From positions 1 through 43,988 of the IMG/VR virus record IMGVR_UViG_3300014208_000067: 43,988 nucleotides of DNA; one strand, given 5' to 3'. Each line of letters begins with the position of its first letter. Within the stretch, counting starts at the first letter, position 1. Origin of the DNA: a virus (lineage: Duplodnaviria; Caudoviricetes). The notes under the pieces are model-generated. The model made no database searches. It worked only from the letters and a program-made list of their open reading frames with translations, and was not told the origin of the DNA. The translations under genes were made by a program, and so were the position numbers. Positions 36,356-43,988 of the stretch are shown here, in pieces.

Positions 36356-36474
36356 CCAGGATTGCCCAGAAAGCCCTATGCGCGACTTCGAATCCGCTGT
36401 CCGGAAGTCTACCCGCCAGCGTGTCCCAAGCCTTTTCCGCGAGTTGGTCTAACTTCGGGCTCATGAGGTAAACA

Positions 36475-37608
36475 ATGCCATCCACACAAACTGACCGCCT
36501 CGATGGCCTGACCACTTCGGTTGCCCTCAAGGCCCCCGTCAAGGCCGCGACGACGGCGAACATCACGCTTTCCGGCGAGCAGACCATTGACGGAGTCTCC
36601 ATTGTTACAGGGGACAGGGTTCTCGTCAAGAATCAAACCGACGCGACGGAAAACGGCATCTATGTCGCAGACAGCGCGGCGTGGGCCAGAGCCAAGGACT
36701 TTGACGGAGCCCGGGACGTTGTCTGGGGAACGCGGGTGTTCATCACCAGCGGCACCGCGTATTCCGGGTATGAGGCCCAGCTTTCATCCACCGCTCCCGT
36801 CATCGGGACATCCAATCTTTCATTCACGCTACTGGAAATCCTGGACCCGACGACGACGGCGGCGCTGGAAAGCCTGTCTGCCGTGATTGACGATCTTGGA
36901 ACTCTGGCCGCCATTTCAACGGGGCTTACAACTTTGGCGGCGATTTCCACCCAGATTACCGCGCTTTATCCCGCTTCCACGCATATCGTCACGCTGGAAC
37001 AGTCGGCAACCGCCCTTCAATCCCTGGCTCCATCAGCCACGGCGCTGATTTCCCTGGCCCCTTCCGCCACCGCGCTCGTATCTCTGGCCCCTTCCGCCAC
37101 CGCGCTTGTATCTTTGGCCCCGGCCTCGACGCAACTCATCTCCCTCGCTCCAGCCTCAACCCAAATCGTTTCATTGGGGTCCGGGGACGCCTTCAACGGC
37201 CTTGAGGCCGTGGGGCAGCTTGGCGGGATGATCTTCGATATTCCCCTTCAGTTTGGGTTTTCAAACACGCAGACCGGCGTGAACGTCGAGGCGCGTCAGT
37301 ACTATTCGTTCCGTACCTCCAGGAATTTTACGATCACCGGGGAAACCGGCGGGGTTGATTCGACGGGGGTTAAACCAACGGGTTCTACCCTCGTTTTCTA
37401 CGTGACGAAGAACGGCGCCGCCATTTACTCGACACCGCCAGAGATCGCCAGCAGTTCATCGTCCTTGACCGCAGGGACCCTTTACACGACGGGGCCTCAA
37501 ATCTTCGCGGCGACGGGGGACATTTTCAAGGCCGGGATTACCTCTGTCGGAAGTTCAATCCCGGGCCAGATGATCCACCTTACGTTGAAGGGGCTGTATT
37601 CGACATGA
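36475..37608 (+). CDS. Tail fibre/appendage protein with decapeptide repeats
   Basis: ANITLSGEQTIDGV...DRVLVKNQT..ENGIY attachment domain, SLAPSATALV-type repeats, beta-rich C-terminal domain. Confidence 0.8.
   Translation: MPSTQTDRLDGLTTSVALKAPVKAATTANITLSGEQTIDGVSIVTGDRVLVKNQTDATENGIYVADSAAWARAKDFDGARDVVWGTRVFITSGTAYSGYEAQLSSTAPVIGTSNLSFTLLEILDPTTTAALESLSAVIDDLGTLAAISTGLTTLAAISTQITALYPASTHIVTLEQSATALQSLAPSATALISLAPSATALVSLAPSATALVSLAPASTQLISLAPASTQIVSLGSGDAFNGLEAVGQLGGMIFDIPLQFGFSNTQTGVNVEARQYYSFRTSRNFTITGETGGVDSTGVKPTGSTLVFYVTKNGAAIYSTPPEIASSSSSLTAGTLYTTGPQIFAATGDIFKAGITSVGSSIPGQMIHLTLKGLYST
36900..37180 (+). repeat. 30-bp (10 aa) coding repeats
   Basis: TLAAISTGLT/TLAAISTQIT/ALYPASTHIV/TLEQSATALQ/SLAPSATALI/SLAPSATALV x2/SLAPASTQLI/SLAPASTQIV. 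Confidence 0.9.
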
Positions 37609-39551
37609 CGCTGTACATCCCTCTCAATACCCTTCTTCCAGACCCCGCCGAACCGGCATATGACGCGGTGGCCTTCGCCGCGGGCACTGCCAATGCCACC
37701 ACGTCGTTGACCCTGACGTATGACAGCGCGCCCGACGACGGGGAGCGGCTTGTGCTGATCCTGACGAAGGTCAACGCGGCAACGCTGGGCGGGTTGAGCG
37801 CCTGGACCCTGGTGCTGGCCGACGAGTCCGGCGAGGTGCCGCTGTACGTCTATGAACGCGAGGCCGCCAGCGAACCGGCTGGCTACACCGTCACCTGGAC
37901 CGGCAACGACGATGCCGTCGGACGGATCATCGCCGCCAGCCAGTGCGGGCCGGCGACGTTCACCAAAACGGCGACGACGCCGGCCTGGGCGCAGGTTGGC
38001 AACGACCTGAACATCGCCGGCGGAACCATCCCGAAGCTGGCGGCGATGACCTCCAGCCGGGTCGCCTACTACGATTCCACCGCCCGGGATTTGCGCGCCT
38101 ACGATTTCGACGGCACCAACTGGACCCAGACCGGCAACGATCTAAACGTTGCCGATGCTACCTTCACCGCCCTGGCGGCGATGAGTTCAACCCGCGTGGC
38201 CTTCATCGACGATTTTCATGAAGAACTGCGGGCCTATGATTTCGACGGGACGGACTGGACCCTTGCCGGAAGCGGATTGAGCGTTGCGGGCTTCGCCGTA
38301 ACGTGCGCGCTGGCGGCATTCAGTTCGTCCCGCGTCGTCTTCATCGACGCCACGCACAAGACGCTGCAAGCCTATGATTTCAACGGCGCCACGTGGTCTG
38401 CCGTCGGCACCACCGCGACGATCAGCGGCCTTGTCGCGCCGTTCGCCATCGCCGCCCTCACGGGGGCCGACGGCATCGCTATCGTCGACTCGTCAAGCGC
38501 GGGGTTCCGGGCCTATCAGTTCAATGGGGCGGCGTGGTCCGCATGGGGCGTCTCTTTTCCGCTGTCCGGCATCGCCTATCCCGGACTGGCGACCTTGAGT
38601 TCGGACGTGAACTCAAGCACCGTGGCTTTGGTCGACAGCGGGACCGGAACGATCAGGACCTATTCCTTCGACGGAACATGGACACAAACAACCCCCGCCT
38701 TGACCATTGCCGGGGTGAACCTCACGACGGCGTTGGCCACCCTAAGTTCCACAAGAGTCGCTTTTATCGATAGCGGAAACGATGACCTGCGGACTTACGA
38801 CCTGGGGGATACCGCCAATCCCGCTTGTCTTGATCTCTCCACCGGCAGCGCCAACAACCTGATTCTTCGCCTGATGGCCTGTGCTGGCGCCCCTGCCGTC
38901 ACCGAGCCGGCCGGAACGACGTCCATTGCCGCGCAAGCCAGCCCCAACAGCCTCGTTACCCTGGCCGCCGCTTACGAGATGACCGCCAGCCCCGAGGCCG
39001 TGGGAGAGGCCGCCTTCACTCTCGCCGCCGCCCAGCCCTGGGCCACCGCCACCGTGGCGTTCCGGGCGGGGGATGAGAATCCGGCCGCCCCGGTTTATGT
39101 TTTGCAGTCCCCTGTGGCGGTCAATACCAGCTTCACTTACGCTCTTAGTGGTGCCGCCGAGGCCCATCTGTATGATGAAACCGTCGGAACCTATGCGGCC
39201 GATACCAGCGCGCTAAACGCCAGCACACATGCGGCCTACGACTTCGGGGCCGGGAAGGCCATCCGGCGTGTCGTTACCACAACGGCTGCCGGAGCGGGAT
39301 CTCAAGTCTGGAACAATACGACGGTGATGAACATACGGTACAGCGATACCTCGTTGACTGGCCCATGGACAACCGTTTCCGGATCTGCGACGCAACATTC
39401 TATTACCGCGTCCACGACGGGCAATCCGACCACGGATACAACCGACATCGATGCAAACGGCAGCCATCGGTATTGGCTTATAACCTACGCATCAGGAACA
39501 ACAGGTGGAAATGCGTGGGCGGATGAAATTTCGTTTTACACGTACGAGTGA
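37605..39551 (+). CDS. Putative receptor-binding/fibre protein with five beta-propeller-like repeats and C-terminal discoidin-like domain
   Basis: About 46 aa repeat W.Q.G..L.I......LAA.SS.RVAFID....LRAYDFDG x5; YDFG...HRYW...EISFY at the C-terminus. Confidence 0.75.
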   Translation: MTLYIPLNTLLPDPAEPAYDAVAFAAGTANATTSLTLTYDSAPDDGERLVLILTKVNAATLGGLSAWTLVLADESGEVPLYVYEREAASEPAGYTVTWTGNDDAVGRIIAASQCGPATFTKTATTPAWAQVGNDLNIAGGTIPKLAAMTSSRVAYYDSTARDLRAYDFDGTNWTQTGNDLNVADATFTALAAMSSTRVAFIDDFHEELRAYDFDGTDWTLAGSGLSVAGFAVTCALAAFSSSRVVFIDATHKTLQAYDFNGATWSAVGTTATISGLVAPFAIAALTGADGIAIVDSSSAGFRAYQFNGAAWSAWGVSFPLSGIAYPGLATLSSDVNSSTVALVDSGTGTIRTYSFDGTWTQTTPALTIAGVNLTTALATLSSTRVAFIDSGNDDLRTYDLGDTANPACLDLSTGSANNLILRLMACAGAPAVTEPAGTTSIAAQASPNSLVTLAAAYEMTASPEAVGEAAFTLAAAQPWATATVAFRAGDENPAAPVYVLQSPVAVNTSFTYALSGAAEAHLYDETVGTYAADTSALNASTHAAYDFGAGKAIRRVVTTTAAGAGSQVWNNTTVMNIRYSDTSLTGPWTTVSGSATQHSITASTTGNPTTDTTDIDANGSHRYWLITYASGTTGGNAWADEISFYTYE

Positions 39552-39645
39552 ATGGAAGTCCCTGGCCGAACCGGATAAGCCCTGCTGGGGACTTCAACAC
39601 CATCGGGGGAGGGATCGCTGACACCAAGACAGAGGAGACAGCTTT

Positions 39646-39783
39646 GTGGTAGAAAAGATTAAAGAACGCTTGAACGGCAATGCTTTGCCCCTCTATCGAG
39701 GGTTCCTGTTCACTATGATTGCTACGCTCGTTGCCGGAGGGGTAGTGTTCTACGGGGAGATGCATCAACATCCGCGGTATTAG
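39646..39783 (+). CDS. Short membrane peptide, possible holin-like remnant (45 aa)
   Basis: GAGGAG RBS, GTG start, MVEKIKERLNGNALPLYRGFLFTMIATLVAGGVVFYGEMHQHPRY with one TM helix. Confidence 0.4.
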   Translation: MVEKIKERLNGNALPLYRGFLFTMIATLVAGGVVFYGEMHQHPRY

Positions 39784-39844
39784 CAAAGTTGAGGTATTTG
39801 GGTGACGGAATCGGAGAGCGGATATGCAACTAGTATGGGTGATG

Positions 39845-40474
39845 TCATGGCCGGATCAAACTGATCCACGCCGACGGGTCGGCGCGGCTCTGGCGGGCCA
39901 GCAGGCGATAGTCGGCGGTGCGGGCGAGGCCGGGCCGCAAATTGTCGAGGACGAAGACGCCGCCTCCGGTAATGGCCAGTAGAACCACGTGCAGGCGGCC
40001 GTCAGACAGGCGGGCAAGGGCGAGCGGCAAATTGCCGGCCGGCCAGCCAAGAGAGACGAGGGCGCGCCGCTTGGCCAGGGCGATGTCCTCACAGTCTCCC
40101 CAGGCCAGGGGGTAATCCCAGCGGTCGCTTTCGCCGAAGGTGGCAACATCGGGCATCCACAGGATGCGGGCGTTGATGTCGGTCTGCACGGTCCGCAATT
40201 CGGCCCACCTCTCAGTGCTCAACTTGGTGAAGGCGGGTGCCGGTCCTTGCCCGGCACAATCTCCAGGATGGCGGGCGCAAAAGGCGACGAAGCCGGCCGG
40301 GGCCTCTACCGGCCGTTCCGCCGCCTGGGCGCAGGCACGCAATACCAACAGAGTGGCGATTGCCAACAGGCCAACCTCGATCGCCAGCAGTAGCGGACGA
40401 ACGCAGCCGGCAGCAACGCGACGCCAGGATTCAATGACGGCATGGCGGCCCCAAGCCCTGGCGTTTCCCTTCAT
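39845..40474 (-). CDS. Transglutaminase-like cysteine peptidase (BTLCP/Peptidase C93, LapG family)
   Basis: AP.GF..FC.R.P..C, D.WDYP..GDCEDIALAKRRAL, LHVVL, VLDNL (Cys-His-Asp triad); N-terminal hydrophobic export segment. Confidence 0.92.
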   Translation of the reverse strand: MKGNARAWGRHAVIESWRRVAAGCVRPLLLAIEVGLLAIATLLVLRACAQAAERPVEAPAGFVAFCARHPGDCAGQGPAPAFTKLSTERWAELRTVQTDINARILWMPDVATFGESDRWDYPLAWGDCEDIALAKRRALVSLGWPAGNLPLALARLSDGRLHVVLLAITGGGVFVLDNLRPGLARTADYRLLARQSRADPSAWISLIRP

Positions 40475-40881
40475 GGAAGTTCTCCCTGGTAGGGTGGGTG
40501 CCAGTGCCACGAACCGGTGAGGCCGTTCCATAGCAGATGACATCTCTCATGCCTGATTGTCGCCTCGATCATCGCGGGGCGCAGGGACCCGTCGACGTAG
40601 ACGACGGGGCGGGGCAGGGTGGATGTCAGCACAAACCCGTAGAGACGATCCGGCGGCTGGGTGCCGATGACGGCCCTCCATAGAGCCTTGAGGGCCTCCC
40701 CGGATAGCACTTTTACCACCGGAGCCGCAACGTCGGAAAGGTCACGGCGACAAGCGGCGGGGTAGCGGTTTCCAGCGGCGTCCCACTCGGACAATTCCCC
40801 GGCCCAAGCTCCAGGCCCAGCCTGAAACATCAGCGCGACGGCAAAAAGGCCAAAAACCAGAATGCGATGTCCCATAGCCAA
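40471..40881 (-). CDS. Exported protein with HExxH zinc-binding motif (minimal metallopeptidase-like)
   Basis: Signal peptide ending AWA-G; LYGF...VVYVD...TIRHERCH. Confidence 0.7.
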   Translation of the reverse strand: MAMGHRILVFGLFAVALMFQAGPGAWAGELSEWDAAGNRYPAACRRDLSDVAAPVVKVLSGEALKALWRAVIGTQPPDRLYGFVLTSTLPRPVVYVDGSLRPAMIEATIRHERCHLLWNGLTGSWHWHPPYQGELP

Positions 40882-40942
40882 TCATAGCAAAAAACCTCCC
40901 AGAAAGCGCGCAGAAACTGAACCTTTATCAAGGGGAGACAGT

Positions 40943-41050
40943 ATGAACGCCACCCATCATCATTTTATGAGTCCACCCGTCATCGCCGCCGCCGTGGCGG
41001 CTTTTTTCATGGCCTCGTCCGCGGCCGAATCGCGCTGGAGTAACCGATGA
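40943..41050 (+). CDS. Possible 35 aa peptide upstream of lysis cassette
   Basis: AGGGGAG RBS, ATGA overlap with next gene, but contains a terminator-like hairpin. Confidence 0.3.
   Translation: MNATHHHFMSPPVIAAAVAAFFMASSAAESRWSNR
40985..41007 (+). terminator. Rho-independent terminator-like element upstream of lysis genes
   Basis: GCCGCC-GCCGT-GGCGGC followed by TTTTTT. Confidence 0.7.
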
Positions 41051-41379
41051 ACAGCATGGATTTTTCCGATGTCTTGACCTTGGTCGGCCTGCTGCTGATT
41101 GCCGGAAGCCATATGATTGGCGTGATGGTGTGGGGGGGCAGGAAGGCAGATTCAGTGCGAGAGGAAGCGCGCATTATGATCGAAAAGCTGAGGGAGGATT
41201 TTTCCTCCGACACCAAGGAACTGCACGGCCGCGTCAATGAGGCAATGCGCGCCTCGATCCCGCGCCTCGATATGGAACGATACATGGATGACCTCAAGAA
41301 GGGCATCGAAATGGTCAACGTCCGGCTCAACGACCTGACCAGCGCCGTGCTGACCGGCCGGCCGGGAGGCAAGCCATGA
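41047..41379 (+). CDS. Single-TM coiled-coil protein, holin/antiholin-like
   Basis: N-terminal TM helix, coiled-coil tail, directly before the endolysin-like gene. Confidence 0.65.
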   Translation: MNSMDFSDVLTLVGLLLIAGSHMIGVMVWGGRKADSVREEARIMIEKLREDFSSDTKELHGRVNEAMRASIPRLDMERYMDDLKKGIEMVNVRLNDLTSAVLTGRPGGKP

Positions 41380-41786
41380 TCCCTCGCGGCATCCGCATGA
41401 ACAACCCAGGCAATCTGCGCGAATCGCCAGGCGACAAAACGCAATGGCTGGGTGAGCGCGCCACCGATGACGACCCAATCTTCGAGGAATTCACCGCGCC
41501 TGAATATGGCATCCGCGCCATCGCCCGCGTCATCCGTACCTATTACGAACGGCACGGGTGCAATACCGTCCGCCAGATCATTGACCGATGGGCGCCGGCC
41601 AACGAGAATGACACGGCCAGTTACATCCAGCATGTCGCAGACCGCTGCGGCGTCGGCGCCGACCAGGTGATCGACCCGCGTTCGGTCGACATCATGACCG
41701 CTCTGGTGGCGGCTATCATCCTGCACGAGAACGGCCAGCAACCTTACGACGACGCGACAATTCGCACCGGCGTGCTGATGGCTTAG
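41376..41786 (+). CDS. Putative endolysin (lysozyme-like NNPGN family)
   Basis: RGIRMNNPGNLR, F..PEYGIRA, IIDRWAPANENDTASYI, HENG; flanked by membrane proteins. Confidence 0.85.
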   Translation: MIPRGIRMNNPGNLRESPGDKTQWLGERATDDDPIFEEFTAPEYGIRAIARVIRTYYERHGCNTVRQIIDRWAPANENDTASYIQHVADRCGVGADQVIDPRSVDIMTALVAAIILHENGQQPYDDATIRTGVLMA

Positions 41787-41794
41787 GAGGTCAC

Positions 41795-42253
41795 ATGGCA
41801 TTCGGCATCGACGACATCATTGGCCAGGGCTTGGCCCTGATCAACAAATTCATCCCGGACGCCAACGCCCGCGCCGAGGCGACCGAGAAGATGACGCAAT
41901 CGATCACCGACGCCTATAACGCCGGGCTGGCCGCGCAAGGCGAAACCAACAAGGTCGAGGCGGCGCACCCCTCAATCTTCGTGGCCGGCTGGCGGCCCGC
42001 CATCGGCTGGACGTGCGCCATCGTGCTATTCTGCTGGTATGTGCCGATGGCCCTGGTCAGCATCGGCCTGTGGATCTACGCGGTGATCCAGTCCGGAGGC
42101 GTGATCCCTCCGCGCCCTGACATCGGCGTTGCCGAGGTTCTCGGTCTGGTCATGTCAATGCTCGGCATCGGCACACTTCGCACGGTCGAGAAGATCAAGG
42201 GCGTCGAGACGACGGGAACGATTGGCAAGATCGTCGGCCTGTTCAGGAAATAG
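41795..42253 (+). CDS. 3TM holin (GTA_holin_3TM/DUF3154-like)
   Basis: INKFIPD, NKVEA.H.SIFVAGWRPAIGW, MLGIGTLRTVEKIKGV. Confidence 0.9.
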   Translation: MAFGIDDIIGQGLALINKFIPDANARAEATEKMTQSITDAYNAGLAAQGETNKVEAAHPSIFVAGWRPAIGWTCAIVLFCWYVPMALVSIGLWIYAVIQSGGVIPPRPDIGVAEVLGLVMSMLGIGTLRTVEKIKGVETTGTIGKIVGLFRK

Positions 42254-42350
42254 AAACGAACGGCCAACCCTCTCTGCGGATGCGTGAATTATGCGGTATT
42301 AGGTAGCAACCACCCCTAATGCCGGAATTATGTGACATTGATAGCCCTCC

Positions 42351-42554
42351 TCAGCGAGGCAGTGGTTCTTCGTCCGCGTACTTCTCCCCGCAGAACGGGC
42401 AGAACGTGGCGAACATGCGCGGCGGTTTGCCCCGCTTCTTGGTTTCGATCTTGTCTGTTTCGACGAACGGGCGCTGGGGTCCGAAGATCGGGATCACTAG
42501 TTGCGCGTTGCGTTCGGCGAGCATTTTGTTCACTTCGGAAATGCAGTTGCACAT
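42351..42554 (-). CDS. Small zinc-finger-like protein
   Basis: MCNC...FCPFCG; GGGAG RBS. Confidence 0.8.
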   Translation of the reverse strand: MCNCISEVNKMLAERNAQLVIPIFGPQRPFVETDKIETKKRGKPPRMFATFCPFCGEKYADEEPLPR

Positions 42555-42584
42555 CGTCTTCTCCCTTGCTCCTATTCGGACACG

Positions 42585-42833
42585 CTATTTTAGCGTGCTT
42601 GGTGGTCCGCCGTGGTCATTGCGGCCCCCAGATACGGCGAATGCCTTCTTCACCGTCAAATCATCTTCGTCCATCCAATATCCGTCAGGGAGTTTGTTAT
42701 CCTTCCCTGCCTGAGGCTGGATAAAGTACCGATTGCATCCATGCAGGTGGTCGGCCCTGGCCGTGATTATCCCAGCTATGCCAGTGCTGTTGCTTTTCAC
42801 GTCGTCGCCGTTATTGAGTTTAAAGTTTGTCAT
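42585..42833 (-). CDS. Conserved phage hypothetical protein
   Basis: GD.VK...G..GIITAR...L.GC.RY.IQP...W.DE; AGGAG RBS. Confidence 0.8.
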   Translation of the reverse strand: MTNFKLNNGDDVKSNSTGIAGIITARADHLHGCNRYFIQPQAGKDNKLPDGYWMDEDDLTVKKAFAVSGGRNDHGGPPSTLK

Positions 42834-42860
42834 CTTTCTCTCCTTGCCCCACGGGGCTCC

Positions 42861-43139
42861 TCAATGAGATGCCGACGGCGGCATCGTGTACCGGGCGGCG
42901 GCCTGGAATGTCTCGTGCTCGGCGGGTTCAATCGGTGCCCGCAGTTCGGTGCCGTCAATCGACACTCGTGGTTCGGCATGGTGATTGCCTGCGGCCAGTC
43001 CGATGAACCGGAACGGCAGGCCACACTGGTCGCAAAACACTTTCACGTCCGCCGTGTAGCCCGTTATCGGGCCGCCTTCCTCTCGGGACAGACGGCCGAT
43101 GTTGGCCTCGACGCGAAATTTCTCGTGCTGGCACGTCAC
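42861..43139 (-). CDS. Hypothetical protein with CxH...CxxC
   Basis: GGAGG RBS, CQHEKF...CDQCGLPFRF. Confidence 0.75.
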   Translation of the reverse strand: MTCQHEKFRVEANIGRLSREEGGPITGYTADVKVFCDQCGLPFRFIGLAAGNHHAEPRVSIDGTELRAPIEPAEHETFQAAARYTMPPSASH

Positions 43140-43151
43140 GGGGGCCTCCAG

Positions 43152-43304
43152 TTATCGAAACACTAGCGCGCGGGCCAGCGTCGTGAATGCGCGGCGGAAA
43201 GTGCGCCAGCGCCGCAACTCCCACGCCATATCCAAGCGGGCGCAGAACATCAGCCAAGGGTGCTTCCGGTCGGCTTCCCACACGTGCTCGGGTACGGTCT
43301 TCAT
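43152..43304 (-). CDS. Small hypothetical protein
   Basis: AGGAG RBS, ATG at 43304, fills gap. Confidence 0.5.
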   Translation of the reverse strand: MKTVPEHVWEADRKHPWLMFCARLDMAWELRRWRTFRRAFTTLARALVFR

Positions 43305-43312
43305 GGGCGCTC

Positions 43313-43546
43313 CTATTCGGCCAACGGGCCGCTTCTGAATTCGCCGGTCGTTTTGATCCCGGCGTCGTGAAGCCGGCGGCAAATGCAGGACGGGCACAGC
43401 AATCCGCCTTCGTCACCGTTTGGGGCGATCTTGGCCCACGCGTCGTTCGGAATGACGAGATCCGGGAAGCCGTATTCGTCGCCGTATTTCCGGCCGCAGT
43501 CGATGCAGCAGCCTTGAAGAGTGCGCTTGGTGTCAAACGAAGGCAT
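43313..43546 (-). CDS. Small CxxC...CxxC zinc-binding protein
   Basis: CIDC...W..I.P....GLLCPSCI; GAGGAG RBS. Confidence 0.75.
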   Translation of the reverse strand: MPSFDTKRTLQGCCIDCGRKYGDEYGFPDLVIPNDAWAKIAPNGDEGGLLCPSCICRRLHDAGIKTTGEFRSGPLAE

Positions 43547-43556
43547 GGCGGGCTCC

Positions 43557-43859
43557 TCAATCGGCCGTGTTTTCGACAGCCCGCTTGATCTTCTGGACCT
43601 CGCGGGCGGCGTGAAGTTCTGACGGGGTTGTGACCGAACCATCCTTGCGGTGGAACGTCAGGCAACCGTGCTCGTGCCCCGTCAGCCCTTGATCAACAAG
43701 GTAGAAATACCCTTGCGTCAAGAACCCCTCGGTGTGCTCGGGGTATCGGGCCAGAACGGAGATGATCCACCCGGCCGTTTCGCTCGCGCCAACGCCGGCT
43801 TGCCAGCCGACAGCCTCGGCGGTTTCTGCGATCTTCGCGATGGTTTCGCGTGCGTCCAT
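43557..43859 (-). CDS. Hypothetical protein
   Basis: AGGAG RBS, 100 aa in leftward operon. Confidence 0.7.
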   Translation of the reverse strand: MDARETIAKIAETAEAVGWQAGVGASETAGWIISVLARYPEHTEGFLTQGYFYLVDQGLTGHEHGCLTFHRKDGSVTTPSELHAAREVQKIKRAVENTAD

Positions 43860-43869
43860 GCCAGTGCTC

Positions 43870-43988
43870 CTAATCGGCCCGAGCGGGCGGCGCGTCTAGA
43901 TCGACCTCGCGCGGCCCGACCGGCATCTGTTCGTGCGGCGGCGACACTTCCCACGACGGGTTTTCTGGCGCTTGCGGAACCCCGCGCC
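43870..43988 (-). CDS. Partial CDS (3' end only)
   Basis: Open frame ...VPQAPENPSWEVSPPHEQMPVGPREVDLDAPPARAD* whose TAG overlaps the RBS of the next gene. Confidence 0.45.
   Translation of the reverse strand, partial: RGVPQAPENPSWEVSPPHEQMPVGPREVDLDAPPARAD

Larger units (their letters stand above)
1..43988. mobile_element. Near-complete podovirus-type dsDNA bacteriophage genome (T7/BPP-1-like structural gene order, lambdoid-like early region)
   Basis: TerS/TerL, portal, scaffold, capsid, tail tubular A/B, three ejection-type proteins, fibres and lysis genes in canonical order; no host housekeeping genes; leftward small-gene operon at both ends. Confidence 0.95.

Noticed and set aside
36475-40881. 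Diversity-generating retroelement, prompted by BPP-1-like gene order
   Set aside because: No reverse transcriptase or Avd gene and no TR/VR pair differing at adenines seen
40943-41050. Histidine attenuator (His-His-His peptide plus terminator)
   Set aside because: Only three His codons, the ORF runs through the terminator, no antiterminator seen and downstream genes are lysis genes
42253-42351. attP site or integrase
   Set aside because: Only about 100 nt between convergent genes, no recombinase ORF or tRNA-like core recognised

Overview
The whole window reads as a nearly complete genome of a short-tailed (podovirus-type) dsDNA phage. High GC and the small-gene families suggest an alphaproteobacterial host (inference). 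Layout: a leftward early operon of small genes split across the two window ends (1-1959, 42351-43988); a divergent promoter/operator switch (2050-2160); rightward cro-like, replication, recombination and methylase genes (2157-7994); a dense non-coding hairpin array (8050-8297); a leftward moron-like cassette (8306-9435); packaging, head, tail and ejection genes of T7/BPP-1-like order (9689-39551); an antisense cassette of two exported peptidases (39845-40881); and lysis genes (41047-42253). No integrase, CI-like repressor, polymerase, tRNA or CRISPR array is visible. The main finding is a 9.5 kb island between terS and terL. It encodes most of a CMP-nonulosonic (legionaminic-type) acid pathway (LegC-, NeuD-, NeuC-, NeuB-, NeuA-like), tailoring enzymes (N-acetyl sugar amidotransferase with HisF-like partner, methyltransferase, radical SAM), a GT2 and a candidate GT42/Maf-like transferase, interleaved with Ser/Thr-rich structural-looking genes. 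Outer virion proteins are enriched in the Ser-Thr dipeptide while ejection proteins are not. Together this suggests a phage-encoded system that O-glycosylates its own virion with a sialic-acid-like sugar. All calls come from motif recognition by eye; no database search was run.
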